From Syntrophales bacterium (GTDB taxonomy: Bacteria; Desulfobacterota; Syntrophia; Syntrophales; UBA6807), in contig JAXGPA010000003.1 in the NCBI GenBank assembly GCA_040767195.1, forward strand, positions 1 to 64,000: a DNA stretch of 64,000 nucleotides, given 5' to 3'. The position numbers and the translations under genes are program-made. Shown here piece after piece: positions 1 to 10,869 of the stretch (its first letter is position 1; each line of letters opens with the position of its first letter). Below the pieces are notes generated by a model that saw nothing but the letters and a program-made list of their open reading frames with translations, was not told where the DNA came from and searched no databases.

Positions 1-1197
1 GTAGACCTCGTCGGGGAAGAGGGCAAGCCTCAGGTTCTGCATGAATTCCCGGGCGTCCTTCGTGTCGTGCTGGAAGTCGAGGAGTTCCCGGAGTTTCTTG
101 ATCTGCTCCTCCTCGTTGGTGGAGATGCCGTCGCCCTCCTTGTAGCGCCAGTGGGCGGCGATCCCCTTTTCGGCCCACTCGTGCATTTCTTCCGTGCGGA
201 TCTGGATCTCCACCCGTTCCCCGTAAGGGCCGATGACCGTCGTGTGAAGGGAGCGGTAGTTGTTGGCCTTGGGCATGGCGATGTAGTCCTTGAACCGGCC
301 GGGAACCGGTTTCCACAGGGCATGGACGATGCTGAGGACTTCGTAGCAGTCCCTCACCTTGTTGGACTGGACGATGATTCGGAAGGCGATGAGATCGTAG
401 ACCTCGTCGAAATGGATTCGCTGTTCCTCCATTTTTTTGAAGATGCTGTAGAAATGCTTCGCTCTTCCTTCGACACGGGCCTGGATTTTATAGTTGGAAA
501 GCTCCTTCTCGATCATGGCCTTCACTTCCTCGGTGTACCGGTCGCGCTCCTCCTTTCTCGTCGCCACACGGTTCATGAGCTCGTCGTACTCATCGGGGTG
601 GAGGAACTTGAAGGACAGGTCCTCGAGTTCGATTTTCATCCAGTTTATCCCCAGGCGGTTGGCCAGGGGGGCATACATTTCCAGGGTTTCCGTGGCGATG
701 GTTTTCCGCTTTTCCGAATTGTGAAACCCCAGGGTCCGCATGTTGTGCACCCGGTCAGCGAGCTTGACGATGAGAATCCGGATGTCGGAAGACATGGCGA
801 GCATCATTTTTCGAAAATTTTCCGCCTGCCGCTCGATGCGGCTTCCGAAAGTGATCCGGCTGATCTTGGTGAGACCGTCGACGAGAAAGGCCACGTCCTT
901 TCCGAAGGCTTTCTGGATTTCATCGAGAGTGGCCAGCGTGTCTTCCACCGTGTCGTGGAGAAGGCCGGCTATGAGGGAAGCCGTGTCGAGCTTCATGTCC
1001 GCCAGGATGACCGCGACGGCGAGGGGATGGACCAGGTAGGGCTCCCCGGAAAGACGGCTTTGCCCCTTGTGCACCGAGGCAGTGAAAATGTACGCTTTTT
1101 CAATCATTTCCACATCATTCTCGGGCAGATACTTCTGGGCTTTGTCCAGAATGTCCGTGATCCGGATCATCTTGGTCGTCTGCTGTTCCGATTCCAT
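1..1197 (-). CDS. rel: Bifunctional (p)ppGpp synthetase/hydrolase (RelA/SpoT family), 3' end runs off the window
   Basis: Hand translation from ATG 1197 (alternative 1170): ...AYIFTASVHKGQSRLSGEPYLVHPLAVA...AGLLHDTVEDT (HD hydrolase motif), ending at the window edge in LFPDEVY (start of the TGS domain). Missing from the ORF track because it is truncated. Confidence 0.95.
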   Translation of the reverse strand, partial: MESEQQTTKMIRITDILDKAQKYLPENDVEMIEKAYIFTASVHKGQSRLSGEPYLVHPLAVAVILADMKLDTASLIAGLLHDTVEDTLATLDEIQKAFGKDVAFLVDGLTKISRITFGSRIERQAENFRKMMLAMSSDIRILIVKLADRVHNMRTLGFHNSEKRKTIATETLEMYAPLANRLGINWMKIELEDLSFKFLHPDEYDELMNRVATRKEERDRYTEEVKAMIEKELSNYKIQARVEGRAKHFYSIFKKMEEQRIHFDEVYDLIAFRIIVQSNKVRDCYEVLSIVHALWKPVPGRFKDYIAMPKANNYRSLHTTVIGPYGERVEIQIRTEEMHEWAEKGIAAHWRYKEGDGISTNEEEQIKKLRELLDFQHDTKDAREFMQNLRLALFPDEVY

Positions 1198-1297
1198 GGA
1201 TTGTTGTTCGGTCCCTCGCCGGTTCCTGTCAGGATTCGTCACGCCCGGGACGGGGTGCCCTCTTCACGCGGGTTCGGCGGAAAAGATACCCCTGAGG

Positions 1298-3040
1298 TCA
1301 GGTTCCGCTGCCGTCCGTTTCGTAGCTTTTCAGCTCGTCGTCAATGGCCTGCCGGATGAATCCGTAAACCCGGCCCAGGGGAAGGATTGTCACTTCCTTC
1401 GTTTTCCGGTTCCGGACTTCCACCGTACCTTCTTCGATCCGCTTCGGTCCGATGGTCACCCGCCAGGGGATCCCGATCAGGTCGGCATCCTTGAACTTGA
1501 CCCCAGCCCGCTCATCCCGGTCGTCGAAGAGGACGTCCAAGCCGCCTTCCGTGAGTTCCCCGTAAAGTGTTTCCCCCGCTTCCATGAGCCGGACGTCCTT
1601 TATGTTCACAGGCGTGATCACCGCCTGGAAGGGCGCCAGGGACACGGGCCAGATGATGCCCTCGTCGTCGTTGTTCTGTTCGATGCAGGCCGCCGCCGTC
1701 CGGCCGATGCCGATGCCGTAGCATCCCATGATCATCAGCTTTTCCTTCCCGTCCCGGTCGAGGAAGGTGGCTTTCATGGCCTTGCTGTACTTCGTTCCCA
1801 GCTTGAACACGTGGCCCACCTCGATGCCCCGGGCAAAGCGGATCTCCTTTCCGCACCGGGGGCAGGCGTCTCCCTCCTCAACCATCCGGAGATCGGCGAA
1901 AGTATCCACGTTGAAGTCCCGTTTGAAGTTGCAGTTCTTGATGTGGTAATCTTCTTTGTTTGCTCCCATGACGAAATTCGTCATGTTCATGAGGGAATAG
2001 TCGGCGATGGCCCGGCACTTGATTCCCAAGGCGCCGGCGAAACCCTTGGGGGCTCCCGTCACTTCATAGACGATGTCGTCCGTCGCCAGTTCCACCATGT
2101 CGGCGCCGAGAAAGTTCTTGAGCTTGATCTCGTTGATTTCCTCGTCCCCCCGGATCAGGGCGGCCACGGGCTTCCCGTCGCAGGAGAAGATCAGGGTTTT
2201 CACCACATCCTGGGGGGTGACACGGAGGAAGTCACAGACTGCCTCGATGGGCCGGACAGCCGGGGTGTGGACTTCTTCAAGTGGAAGAAACACGGCGGGG
2301 TCGGCTTTTTTCTCCTCGGGCTTCGGCACGGCGGCCTTTTCCAGGTTGGCGGCGTAGGCGCAGGCGGTGCAGTAGACCATTCCGTCCTCCCCCGAGTCGG
2401 CGGTGACGAGAAACTCGTGGGAAAAGCTTCCACCGATGCTCCCCGAGTCGGCCTCCACGGGCCGGAAACGGAGTCCGCAGCGGCGGAATATCCGGTTGTA
2501 GGCCTCGAACATCTTTTCGTAGCTCAATTCGGCGCCTTTTTCGTCCACATCGAAACTGTAGGCGTCCTTCATGGAGAATTCCCGGCAGCGCATGATGCCG
2601 AATCGCGGACGGATCTCGTCCCGGAATTTCGTCTGGATCTGGTAGAGGTTCCGGGGAAGCTGGCGGTAGGTCTGTATTTCGTTTTTCACGAGGTCCGTGA
2701 TGACTTCCTCGTGGGTGGGGCCGATGCAGTAGTCCCGGAGGTTGCGGTCCTTGAACCGGAGCAGTTCCTTGCCGTACATTTCCCAGCGGCCCGATTCGAT
2801 CCACAGTTCCGCCGGCTGGGCGGCGGGCAGGAAGACCTCCTGGGCGCCGGCCCGGTTCATCTCTTCCCGGACAATCTGCTCCACCTTCCGGATGACCCGA
2901 AGCCCCAGGGGCAGGTAAGAGTAGATGCCGCTGGTGAGTTTCCGTATCATCCCCGCCCGGAGCATGAGCTGATGGCTGACGACTTCCGCATCTGAAGGGG
3001 TTTCCCGACCTGTTGGCAAGAACATTTCCGAGTAACGCAT
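1298..3040 (-). CDS. proS: Proline--tRNA ligase with editing insertion domain
   Basis: [51 protein letters not shown] and DADLIGIP motifs. Confidence 0.98.
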   Translation of the reverse strand: MRYSEMFLPTGRETPSDAEVVSHQLMLRAGMIRKLTSGIYSYLPLGLRVIRKVEQIVREEMNRAGAQEVFLPAAQPAELWIESGRWEMYGKELLRFKDRNLRDYCIGPTHEEVITDLVKNEIQTYRQLPRNLYQIQTKFRDEIRPRFGIMRCREFSMKDAYSFDVDEKGAELSYEKMFEAYNRIFRRCGLRFRPVEADSGSIGGSFSHEFLVTADSGEDGMVYCTACAYAANLEKAAVPKPEEKKADPAVFLPLEEVHTPAVRPIEAVCDFLRVTPQDVVKTLIFSCDGKPVAALIRGDEEINEIKLKNFLGADMVELATDDIVYEVTGAPKGFAGALGIKCRAIADYSLMNMTNFVMGANKEDYHIKNCNFKRDFNVDTFADLRMVEEGDACPRCGKEIRFARGIEVGHVFKLGTKYSKAMKATFLDRDGKEKLMIMGCYGIGIGRTAAACIEQNNDDEGIIWPVSLAPFQAVITPVNIKDVRLMEAGETLYGELTEGGLDVLFDDRDERAGVKFKDADLIGIPWRVTIGPKRIEEGTVEVRNRKTKEVTILPLGRVYGFIRQAIDDELKSYETDGSGT

Positions 3041-4119
3041 CACGCCTCCTTTTGTCCGGTCATCTGCATTATTTCATCCATGAGCCCGGTGACGAAGTCT
3101 TCTTCCCGGATCTTACGGATGGCTTTTCCCTTTTTGAAGAGAAGTCCCGTTCCGCGGCCTCCGGCGATGCCGATGTCCGCTTCCGATGCCTCTCCCGGCC
3201 CGTTAACGACGCAGCCCATGAGGGCGATCTTGAGATAGTCCCGCATCCCCGAGAGACGTTTCTCCACCGCCTCGGCCAACCCGTTCAAATCGATTTCACA
3301 TCTCCCGCAGGTGGGGCACGAGATGATTTCGGGACCTACCTTGCGGACACCCAGAGCCCGCAGGATACTATAGGCCACTTTGACCTCGGGGACCGGGTCC
3401 CCGGTGATGGATACCCGGATGGTGTCCCCGATTCCTTCGTATAGCAGGATACCCAGGCCGATGGAAGATTTTATCGATGCCTCGAGAAGGGTTCCCGCTT
3501 CCGTCACGCCGAGATGGAGGGGATAATCGGTCCTGTCAGCGACCAGGCGGTACGCTTCGATCATGGTGACCACATGGGAGGACTTGAGGGAAAGCTTCAG
3601 GTTCGCGAATCCCGCCTCCTGGAAAGGCACGAGATTTTTCAGTGCGCTTTCAACCAGGGCCTCCGCCGTGGGGCCGCCGTATTTTTTCAGCAGGTCCTTC
3701 TCCAGGGAACCGGCGTTCACCCCGATACGGACGGCGGCGTCCCGTTCTTTCGCGACCCCGATGATTTTCCGGATGCTTTTTTCTCCCAGGTTTCCCGGGT
3801 TGATCCGGATGCCCTCGACACCTGCCTCGAGGGACTTGACGGCCAGGGCCTCGTGAAAGTGAATATCGGCGATAAGGGGGATCCCGATGCCTTTCCTGAT
3901 GGAAGGCAGGGCGTCGGCGGCCGCCTCATCAGGGACGGCGACGCGGATGATTTCACAGCCCGCTTCCTCGAGGCGGCGAATCTGGGCCACCGTGGCGGGC
4001 ACATCCCGGGTATCGGTATTGGTCATGGACTGGACGATCACGGGGGCGTCACCGCCCACCCGGACCGGTCCCACATGAATCGATTTCGTCTTTTTTCGTC
4101 TGATGCCGTCTTCTTCCAG
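3040..4119 (-). CDS. ispG: (E)-4-hydroxy-3-methylbut-2-enyl-diphosphate synthase (flavodoxin-dependent)
   Basis: [36 protein letters not shown] and [11 protein letters not shown] motifs. The IspG-like N-terminus ([12 protein letters not shown]) extends upstream of the GTG at 4074, so the start is uncertain (in-frame CTG at 4119). Confidence 0.95.
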   Translation of the reverse strand: MEEDGIRRKKTKSIHVGPVRVGGDAPVIVQSMTNTDTRDVPATVAQIRRLEEAGCEIIRVAVPDEAAADALPSIRKGIGIPLIADIHFHEALAVKSLEAGVEGIRINPGNLGEKSIRKIIGVAKERDAAVRIGVNAGSLEKDLLKKYGGPTAEALVESALKNLVPFQEAGFANLKLSLKSSHVVTMIEAYRLVADRTDYPLHLGVTEAGTLLEASIKSSIGLGILLYEGIGDTIRVSITGDPVPEVKVAYSILRALGVRKVGPEIISCPTCGRCEIDLNGLAEAVEKRLSGMRDYLKIALMGCVVNGPGEASEADIGIAGGRGTGLLFKKGKAIRKIREEDFVTGLMDEIMQMTGQKEA

Positions 4120-4160
4120 AGATCGCCGTTCCTTCTGCAGAAATCTTAATCAAAAATTAT

Positions 4161-5562
4161 TTATAGCACGAACGCAGAAGAAGGATCAACAGGTTCTCCT
4201 TCGACGGTCCCGGAAAAAGGTTCACCCTCCAGCCGTTCCATGACGGCGAGAATTTCTTCCTGAATGTCCAGGGGTGGAACCGGGGCTTGAACGTCAAAAG
4301 GCGGAAGGGGGGTATCTGGCCGGTGAAGAAAGGTCTGAAGGGCCTGGAACATGGGAAGGGGAGGGAAGGCTTCCCGGGAGAGAAAGCGGATGAGCTTGAA
4401 GGTCTCAAACCCGTCGAACCAGCCGTGAAACTGGGAAAGGCGCTGCCGCTGGTTTTTCGCGTTCTCCCCTATTTTTGCCCAGGCCCTGGGGAATCCCCTC
4501 TCCCGGAGGAACTGTTCCAGGTCGGGATGGATGTCCCCGGCCCTGGCGAGAAGATCCCTGTCGTTTTCTCCTGAATTTTCGCCGACGGTGCGAAGCCACG
4601 ATCGAAGAGGAAAAAATCCGGGGATCGTACAGGACGTATTCGTTTTGCCCGTCCTCGATAAAACGGGCGACCCGCCGGCCCGTACCGAAGGGAACCCGCC
4701 CCGATGGCCGGGCGGCGGGATAGACGGTGGTGGCGCGGATGTCGCCCACGGCGGTCACCTTGGCGAGCTTGTTCAGAAAATAAAAGTCCTCGCCCCCTTG
4801 CGGCGGTTCATGCCCCGGACGGCCGCGTAAGCCTCGGGCGTGCAGACCATGGTGGAACCGACGGTGTGGAAGGCATAGGGGACCGGCGTGTTTCAGTCCC
4901 AGGACGTAGTAGCGGAGAAAAATCTCGTAACAGACGATGGCCCGTCTTTCCTCCTCATCGCCTGTGCGGCGGTGGCGGAAACGGACGACCCCGGCGCCGG
5001 GACCGCGTTTCGTGAAAAAGCCGCGGACCGATGAAAGATAGTTCCGTTCCACCAGGGTGTCGGCGTCGAGGCAGAAAAGAAGAGCCTTTTCCCCTTGTCG
5101 GGGCGACAGGATGTCCAGGGCCCGGTCCAGGCCTATTTTTCTCGCCAGGCCCACACCGCCCGTCTTTTCCGGAAGTTCGAGGCCCGGAGACGCGGCATCG
5201 ACGACGGCCAGGTTCAGAAGGCCGGGAAGACCCGTCGCGGCGGCTTCCGACGGCCCATCGAGAAGCCCCCGGGGAGGGGCCTGGCCGGCGGACAGGGCCC
5301 GGAGAACCTGCAGGGTCCTCTGGTTGTCCTCCCATTCTTCCGGCTTGACGGTTTCTTTCCCGCGATTGTTGACCACCACGAGAATCGCCGTCCGGCTCCG
5401 TTCTTCCGGCGGATTCGCCGCGAGACTCGCCAGCGTGTGAAAAAGGCTGCCCGATTCGGCCAGGGCGGGAATGACGACGACCTGGCAAATCCCTTCCCGG
5501 ACATGGGGTGTCGGGGTCCATTTCCGGTCGGCGCCGTATCGGGACAGGTAGGCGTTTCTCAT
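4161..5562 (-). pseudogene. Glycosyltransferase family 2-like protein broken by three frameshifts (pseudogene or assembly errors)
   Basis: VVVIPALAE, GGVGLARKIGLD, LDADT (DxD), GEDFYFL and RVPFGTG motifs. A plausible continuous protein needs frame changes near 4880 (PYAFHTVGSTMVCTPEAYAAVRGMNRRK), 4795 and 4610 (...WLRTVGEN...FHGWFDGFETFKLI, joining ORF 4161..4352). Confidence 0.75.
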
Positions 5563-5728
5563 GACATCTTCTCCGTGGCCGTTCTATATCGGGAAAGCCC
5601 GCGGAGGGCAACCACCTTTTGGGCCTTCCAGGGAAAACCCCCGGTTGCGGTTCCTGTATTGACAGGGTCTGCCGTTTGTTGCAGTATTTTGCAATGTTCA
5701 ACAAAAACCTTTTTCACGAGGAGACTTC

Positions 5729-6278
5729 ATGGCAACGAAAGACGTTCCGACCGCCGCCGCAAAGAGAAAAGAATTCTCTTCCCTCTTCTTTTTTCAATGC
5801 CGAGAGAATCCTGTTTCTGACCCTGTTCCTCCTGTCCCTCATCGGGATTGGCGTGTCCGATTTTTCCATGAAATACGGTTTCTGGTACTGGCTCGCCATG
5901 GTTCCCGTATTCGGGGGAGCCAGCGTTTATAACGAATGGAAGGCCGGACGGAAAAAAGGGGAGGAAAGGTCAACCCTGCTCGGCCGCCAGGTGTTTCACT
6001 GGCTGGCCCTTTTCGCCGTCGTCTACCTGGTACACGTGCTCCAGAGCACGGGACGGATGAACCAGGAGGACGCCGGTCTCATCCTTCTCATGGCCCTTTC
6101 GCTCGTGGTCTTTCTGGCGGGGGTTCATTTCAACTGGCGGTTTGCCGTTCTCGGCGTCGTCCTCGGCGCCACGGTGGCCATGGCGGCCTTGGTCGACCAG
6201 TACTTCTGGATCATGGCCACGGCGATCGTCGCCGGAGGCCTCACGGTCATTTTCTGGAAGACCAGGAGCGGGAAATAA
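5729..6278 (+). CDS. Hypothetical multi-pass membrane protein, probable frameshift in the T6 run at 5789-5794
   Basis: A strong RBS (GAGGAG) precedes ATG 5729 (MATKDVP...SSLFF), but the hydrophobic body (FFNAERILFLTLFLLSL..., ~6 TM segments) is in another frame ending at 6278. Confidence 0.65.
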
Positions 6279-6353
6279 TCGGGGACGTCTCCCGCTGGGC
6301 TATTTTTGCCGTGCCTATAAAAAAGCCGACCGTGGCCGGGTGACCGATGACGC

Positions 6354-7688
6354 TTACCGGCAGCGGGAAAGCATGACGGCGAGAATTTCCGGGTCCATGG
6401 CGGAAAGGCCCCTTATGGTGACCCGCGACAGGTTCTCCACCGTCTGTTCCGGCGTTTCCCCCATGATACCGTCGGTGGCAGGCACCACCGTCCCGTGAAG
6501 GGCGAAAAGGGCGCTCTCCACGGCCGATGACGCGGCGTACCCGATTTTCAGGGCGCACGATGTCTTGGCCCCATCGCAGATGACCGTGGCGTATCCCGCG
6601 ATGTGATTGCTCACGGCCCCGCCGATCTTTTCACCATCACCCCCCAGGAGATAGGCGATGCCGGCGGCCGCCCCGGCCCCGGAAGCGACCACACTGCCGC
6701 ACAGGGCGGACAGCCTTCCCACCCTGGCCTTGATGTAGCAGGTAATGAGATAGCTCAGGGCAACGGCCCTGAAAACATCCCCCTCATCCTTGATGGCTGC
6801 CCGTTCGGCTACAGCCAGGATCGGAAGTCCCGCGGCGATGCCCTGGTTACCACTTCCTGCGAGGGTCATGGCCGGCAGGCCCACGCCGCCCATGCGGGCG
6901 TCGACCCCCGAAGCGGCGAGAAGGCCTGCCCGGAAGGCCATGTCCTCCTGCAGTAGCCCCTGCCGGGCCAGGCTCGCCTTCATTTTGCCGATGCCCAGGC
7001 CGGAACTGTGAAAGAGTCCATAGTCGGCGAGCGCCCGGTTCATTTCCAGGCCCCGGCGGATGTATTCCAGGTCTTGGCCGTCCAGGGCCGGCAGAAGGTC
7101 GATCATGTCTTCTATCCCGAGTCCCGTGAGCCATTTCTCCATTCCATTTCCCTCATCCATCTCATCGCCGGCGGGAAGGGTCAGAAGGGGGTGGTCCGAA
7201 ACCGGTTCGCCGTCCCTGGTGAGGGCGACGATGCGGTCATGCCGGTCCGTGATGGTGGCCACGGCGGAGCGGTCTTTCGCCCGCAGGGTCACCTGGACGA
7301 AAAGACCGGCCGCGTCATCCCGATAGAGGACGGAAAGGCGGCTTTCCGACAGAAGCTTTTTCGCCTTTTCCAGGCCGGGGGCGTCGACGGCTTCGAACAC
7401 CTTCAGGCCGCGGTTCGGATCGCCCGCCACGGCCCCCAGGGCCGCCGCGAGATGTATCCCCGTACCGCCGCCGGTCCCGGGAATCACGACGCCCATGGCG
7501 TTCTTGAACACGTTCCGGTCCGTGACGACGGCGACGGCGTCGAATTCCCGGGTGTCAAGGAGGGAAGCGGCGGCGGCGGCGCACAGGCCGACGGCGGCCG
7601 GTTCGGTACAGCCAAGGCCCGGTTCCGTTTCGTGGTGAATGAGCGACGAGGCTCGGTTGTGAAGGATCTCCTTCAGGGAAAAAGCCAT
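6354..7688 (-). CDS. L-cysteine desulfidase-like protein (YhaM/CyuA, serine dehydratase alpha family)
   Basis: GCTEP, FKNAMGVVIPGTG, DARMGG, GSGNQGI, GRLSALCG and CDGAKTSCALK motifs; ATG 7688 follows GAGGAGG. Confidence 0.85.
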   Translation of the reverse strand: MAFSLKEILHNRASSLIHHETEPGLGCTEPAAVGLCAAAAASLLDTREFDAVAVVTDRNVFKNAMGVVIPGTGGGTGIHLAAALGAVAGDPNRGLKVFEAVDAPGLEKAKKLLSESRLSVLYRDDAAGLFVQVTLRAKDRSAVATITDRHDRIVALTRDGEPVSDHPLLTLPAGDEMDEGNGMEKWLTGLGIEDMIDLLPALDGQDLEYIRRGLEMNRALADYGLFHSSGLGIGKMKASLARQGLLQEDMAFRAGLLAASGVDARMGGVGLPAMTLAGSGNQGIAAGLPILAVAERAAIKDEGDVFRAVALSYLITCYIKARVGRLSALCGSVVASGAGAAAGIAYLLGGDGEKIGGAVSNHIAGYATVICDGAKTSCALKIGYAASSAVESALFALHGTVVPATDGIMGETPEQTVENLSRVTIRGLSAMDPEILAVMLSRCR

Positions 7689-7769
7689 GTGTTTCCTCCT
7701 CGGGCCGGCGCCGGCGACACCCGCCGGAGAAAAGGGAAAGGGTGACCGCGCCGGGATCTCCGGAATTGA

Positions 7770-7796
7770 TTGACACAGGAGAAGCGGGTGTGTCAA
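7770..7796. promoter_or_regulatory. Palindrome TTGACACA-N11-TGTGTCAA between divergent genes (operator or overlapping -35 boxes)
   Basis: Perfect 8 bp inverted repeat at 7770-7777 and 7789-7796. Confidence 0.45.
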
Positions 7797-7839
7797 GAAG
7801 TGAAAAAGACCGGCGGCATCATGGAAAATCGAGGGCCGA

Positions 7840-9111
7840 ATGAAGGAAGGAGACATCCTCGAATTCAGTAAAGGGGGCGGGTGCCTCCTGCTTTTCGGGT
7901 TTCCCTTCTTCCTGGGGGGGCTTTTCGTGCTCGGCACGGCCTTCCGTCTTGTTCCCGTCCAGGGGGACCGTCCACCCCTTCTCGTTCTCTTTCTTTTCGG
8001 GTTGGCATTTACCGCCGTCGGGTTATTTGTCATGTTCGCCCGGGAAAAGACCGTCCTTCGCCGGGGACAGGGCCTCGTCATGAGAGGCCGGGGTTTCCTG
8101 TTCTTCTGGCGATGGAAACGGGAGCGCCTGGACGATTTCCGGCGGGTCGTCCTCCAGGGCAGGGACCGGCAGGGCGGGAAATCGGCGGAAGAGGCCTTTG
8201 CCGTGGCCCTGGAGAGACCTTTTCCGGGAAAGGATTTCGTCGTCGAGGAATCGGGCGATTACCTGGCGGCCCGGCAGGCGGCGGAGCGGGTGGCCCGGTA
8301 TCTCCGGTTTCCCCTTTGCGATTTTTCCTCCGGTGAGGAGGTGCTCCGGGAGCCTGACCGCCTGGACGAAGCCTACGGCGAGAGGTTGAGAAGGACGGGA
8401 GAGGCCGTGGCGGTTCCCGAACCGCCGCCGGCGGCGCGGGCGATCCTCCGGGAAGAGGGAGACCGGCTTTTCGTGGAAATCCCCCCCGTCGGCCTGAAAG
8501 GAACGGCGGCCTTGAGACTGATTCCACCCCTCCTGTTCGCTTTTTTTGCCCTTTATTTCTTCGGGGGCGTTCTCGCCCTTCCCATGCCGGAGCCTGTCCG
8601 TTTCATCGCCTGGGGCGTTCTGGGGCTTTTCCTCGGGCTGCCCGTTTATTCCGGTGTCCGGGATTTCCTCGATCACGCCGGGCGTTCGGAAAGGATGACC
8701 CTCACGGCCGGGACGATCCGCGTCGACCGCCGGCGGGGGTTTCGGTGGAAAAGCGTGGACCTTCCCCTGGCCGAAATCGAGGACATCGTCCTTCCGCCGC
8801 GACCCCGCCTGGAGGGAACCCGCCTTCCAGGGGGGAAAATCCGTCTGCCCGAGGCGTTTCTGAAGGACCGGGACGCGTCTTCCCCGTCACCGGGGGATCT
8901 CGGCCGGGGCGTTATCCTTGGAAGGAGAACGGCGGCCTTTCTGGACTGGCTCGTGAAAATCGCCCCGGGACGGACCATCACCTTTTTGACAGACAAAAGG
9001 ATGGAACGCTTCGGAGAGGGGCTGGGTTTCGAAGAACTGGCGTGGATTCACGGAAGGATCCGGCGGTACATCGTCGATGCCGCCGGCCCGGGGGGTTCCG
9101 TCCATGATTAA
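7840..9111 (+). CDS. Hypothetical membrane protein (two TM hairpins, each followed by a soluble domain)
   Basis: 423 aa ORF with hydrophobic helix pairs near the N-terminus and mid-protein; its stop overlaps the next gene's start. Confidence 0.7.
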   Translation: MKEGDILEFSKGGGCLLLFGFPFFLGGLFVLGTAFRLVPVQGDRPPLLVLFLFGLAFTAVGLFVMFAREKTVLRRGQGLVMRGRGFLFFWRWKRERLDDFRRVVLQGRDRQGGKSAEEAFAVALERPFPGKDFVVEESGDYLAARQAAERVARYLRFPLCDFSSGEEVLREPDRLDEAYGERLRRTGEAVAVPEPPPAARAILREEGDRLFVEIPPVGLKGTAALRLIPPLLFAFFALYFFGGVLALPMPEPVRFIAWGVLGLFLGLPVYSGVRDFLDHAGRSERMTLTAGTIRVDRRRGFRWKSVDLPLAEIEDIVLPPRPRLEGTRLPGGKIRLPEAFLKDRDASSPSPGDLGRGVILGRRTAAFLDWLVKIAPGRTITFLTDKRMERFGEGLGFEELAWIHGRIRRYIVDAAGPGGSVHD

Positions 9112-10090
9112 GGCCTTTCTCGTTGTCACCGCCTTGATCCTGGCCGTCGTTCTTTTCGGCCTCGTCAAGATCCGGTTTTTTCCGGTGGAAGTGGATGAAT
9201 CGGCCTTTCACGAACCCGCCGGGGAGGATCTTTCGCCCCTCGTCGATCACGTGGCGGAACTGTCCCGGCGGATCGGATCCCGAAGCGTTTACGAGTACGG
9301 CAAGCTGGAGGAGGCGAAGGCGTATATCGCCGGGACGATCCGCTCCCAGGGGGGTACTCCCGAGTTTCAGCGGTATGCGTATAACGGGAAGACTTACAGC
9401 AATATCGTGGTGACCCGGCCCGGTGGAAAGGAGGCCGACAGCTGGATCGTCGTCGGCGCCCACTACGACACCGTCCTGGGAACCCCCGGGGCGGACGACA
9501 ACGGCAGCGCCGTGGCGGTCCTTCTCGAGATGGACCGGATCCTCGGGGCGGAGACCTTCGACCGGACCGTCAAGCTGGTTTTTTTCACCCTCGAGGAACC
9601 CCCGGTCTTCCGGTCCGAATTCATGGGAAGTTTCGTTTTCGCCCGGGAGGCACGGCACCGGGGACAGGACATCCGTGCCATGATCTGCCTGGAGATGCTG
9701 GGTTTTTTCGGTGACGAAAAAGGAAAGCAGTCGTTTCCTCTTCCCCTCATGAAACTCTTCTACCCGTCGACCCCCGATTTCATCGCCGTGGTGGGGAACC
9801 TCGCGTCCCGAAAGCTGGTGCGAACGGTGGGGGAGATCCTGGGGAGAAACAGCCCGGTGCCCGTTGAAACCCTCTCGGCGCCTTCCGTTGTTCCGGGCAT
9901 CGATTTTTCCGATCACCGGTCCTTCTGGAAGATGGGGTACCCGGCGGTTATGATCACTGACACGGCCTTTTACCGGAACCCCTATTACCACACGTCCCGG
10001 GACACCCTGGAAAAGCTGGATTTCCGCCGGATGGCGCAGCTCGTGCCGGGGCTTGTCGCCGTGGTCCGTGAACTGGCCGGGGCAGAGTGA
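9104..10090 (+). CDS. M28 family metallopeptidase with N-terminal membrane anchor
   Basis: VGAHYDT, PGADDNGSAVA, FTLEEPP, CLEMLG, SDH and YH motifs. Confidence 0.9.
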   Translation: MIKAFLVVTALILAVVLFGLVKIRFFPVEVDESAFHEPAGEDLSPLVDHVAELSRRIGSRSVYEYGKLEEAKAYIAGTIRSQGGTPEFQRYAYNGKTYSNIVVTRPGGKEADSWIVVGAHYDTVLGTPGADDNGSAVAVLLEMDRILGAETFDRTVKLVFFTLEEPPVFRSEFMGSFVFAREARHRGQDIRAMICLEMLGFFGDEKGKQSFPLPLMKLFYPSTPDFIAVVGNLASRKLVRTVGEILGRNSPVPVETLSAPSVVPGIDFSDHRSFWKMGYPAVMITDTAFYRNPYYHTSRDTLEKLDFRRMAQLVPGLVAVVRELAGAE

Positions 10091-10197
10091 GGACCGTGTT
10101 GACCAGGCCCTGTCAGGCCGGGACATCCGCCTGAGGGGAGAACCCTGAAGACAATGGTCTTCCGGCCTTTGCCGGAGATGCGGGCGAACGCCGCGAG

Positions 10198-10869
10198 TCA
10201 GCGGATGGCGGCCCGTCCCTTGGTGGCCAGTCCGTACTTCATTTCTTCGATGGCCTTGGTCAGCCCGATATAGACGAGGTTTCCCAGGGCCACGTCCTGG
10301 GGATTCCGATTCGGAGCCATGAATGCGAACATACCGGCCTGGCCGGTCATCTGCTGGCCGGCCTCTTCCCGGATGTCGTCCTTCCAGGTCGTTTTCACAT
10401 CCCCTTTCCAGAGCCGCTTTCCCTTGCCGTCATAAACCTCACCCTGGAGGTGTATCTCCACGACGTGCTCGTGAAACAGGGTCGGGCCGAAGCGGAAAGC
10501 GGAGCCGGGACCGAAGGTGAGGACCAGAAAACGGTCCGTTCCGGAAGGAGCGGATTTCCTGTCCGTGACGACCTGGTATTTCCTGAAAATATCGGAAAAG
10601 GTGTAGGACGACTGTTCGAAAAGGGCCTCGCCTACGGGAAAAACCGCTCCGCGCTGGGTGAGGGTGAATTTATGGGTCGGTTCGTCGATGACCACGGCGA
10701 AAAGATGGTGGAATTTTTCCGGTGGCCTCTTGAAAAGAGAATAATCCAGGGGCATTTCATCGGGATCGTTCTGTACGGGTATGACGTGGGCGCACCCCGC
10801 CAGGAGAAGAAAAAGGAAAACACCCAGGATCTTAGCAAAAGCGCCTCCCCGTCGCCGAGATGACAACAT
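10198..10869 (-). CDS. Putative lipoprotein
   Basis: AAGGAGG RBS; basic N-terminus, hydrophobic stretch and lipobox LAGC. Confidence 0.75.
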   Translation of the reverse strand: MLSSRRRGGAFAKILGVFLFLLLAGCAHVIPVQNDPDEMPLDYSLFKRPPEKFHHLFAVVIDEPTHKFTLTQRGAVFPVGEALFEQSSYTFSDIFRKYQVVTDRKSAPSGTDRFLVLTFGPGSAFRFGPTLFHEHVVEIHLQGEVYDGKGKRLWKGDVKTTWKDDIREEAGQQMTGQAGMFAFMAPNRNPQDVALGNLVYIGLTKAIEEMKYGLATKGRAAIR

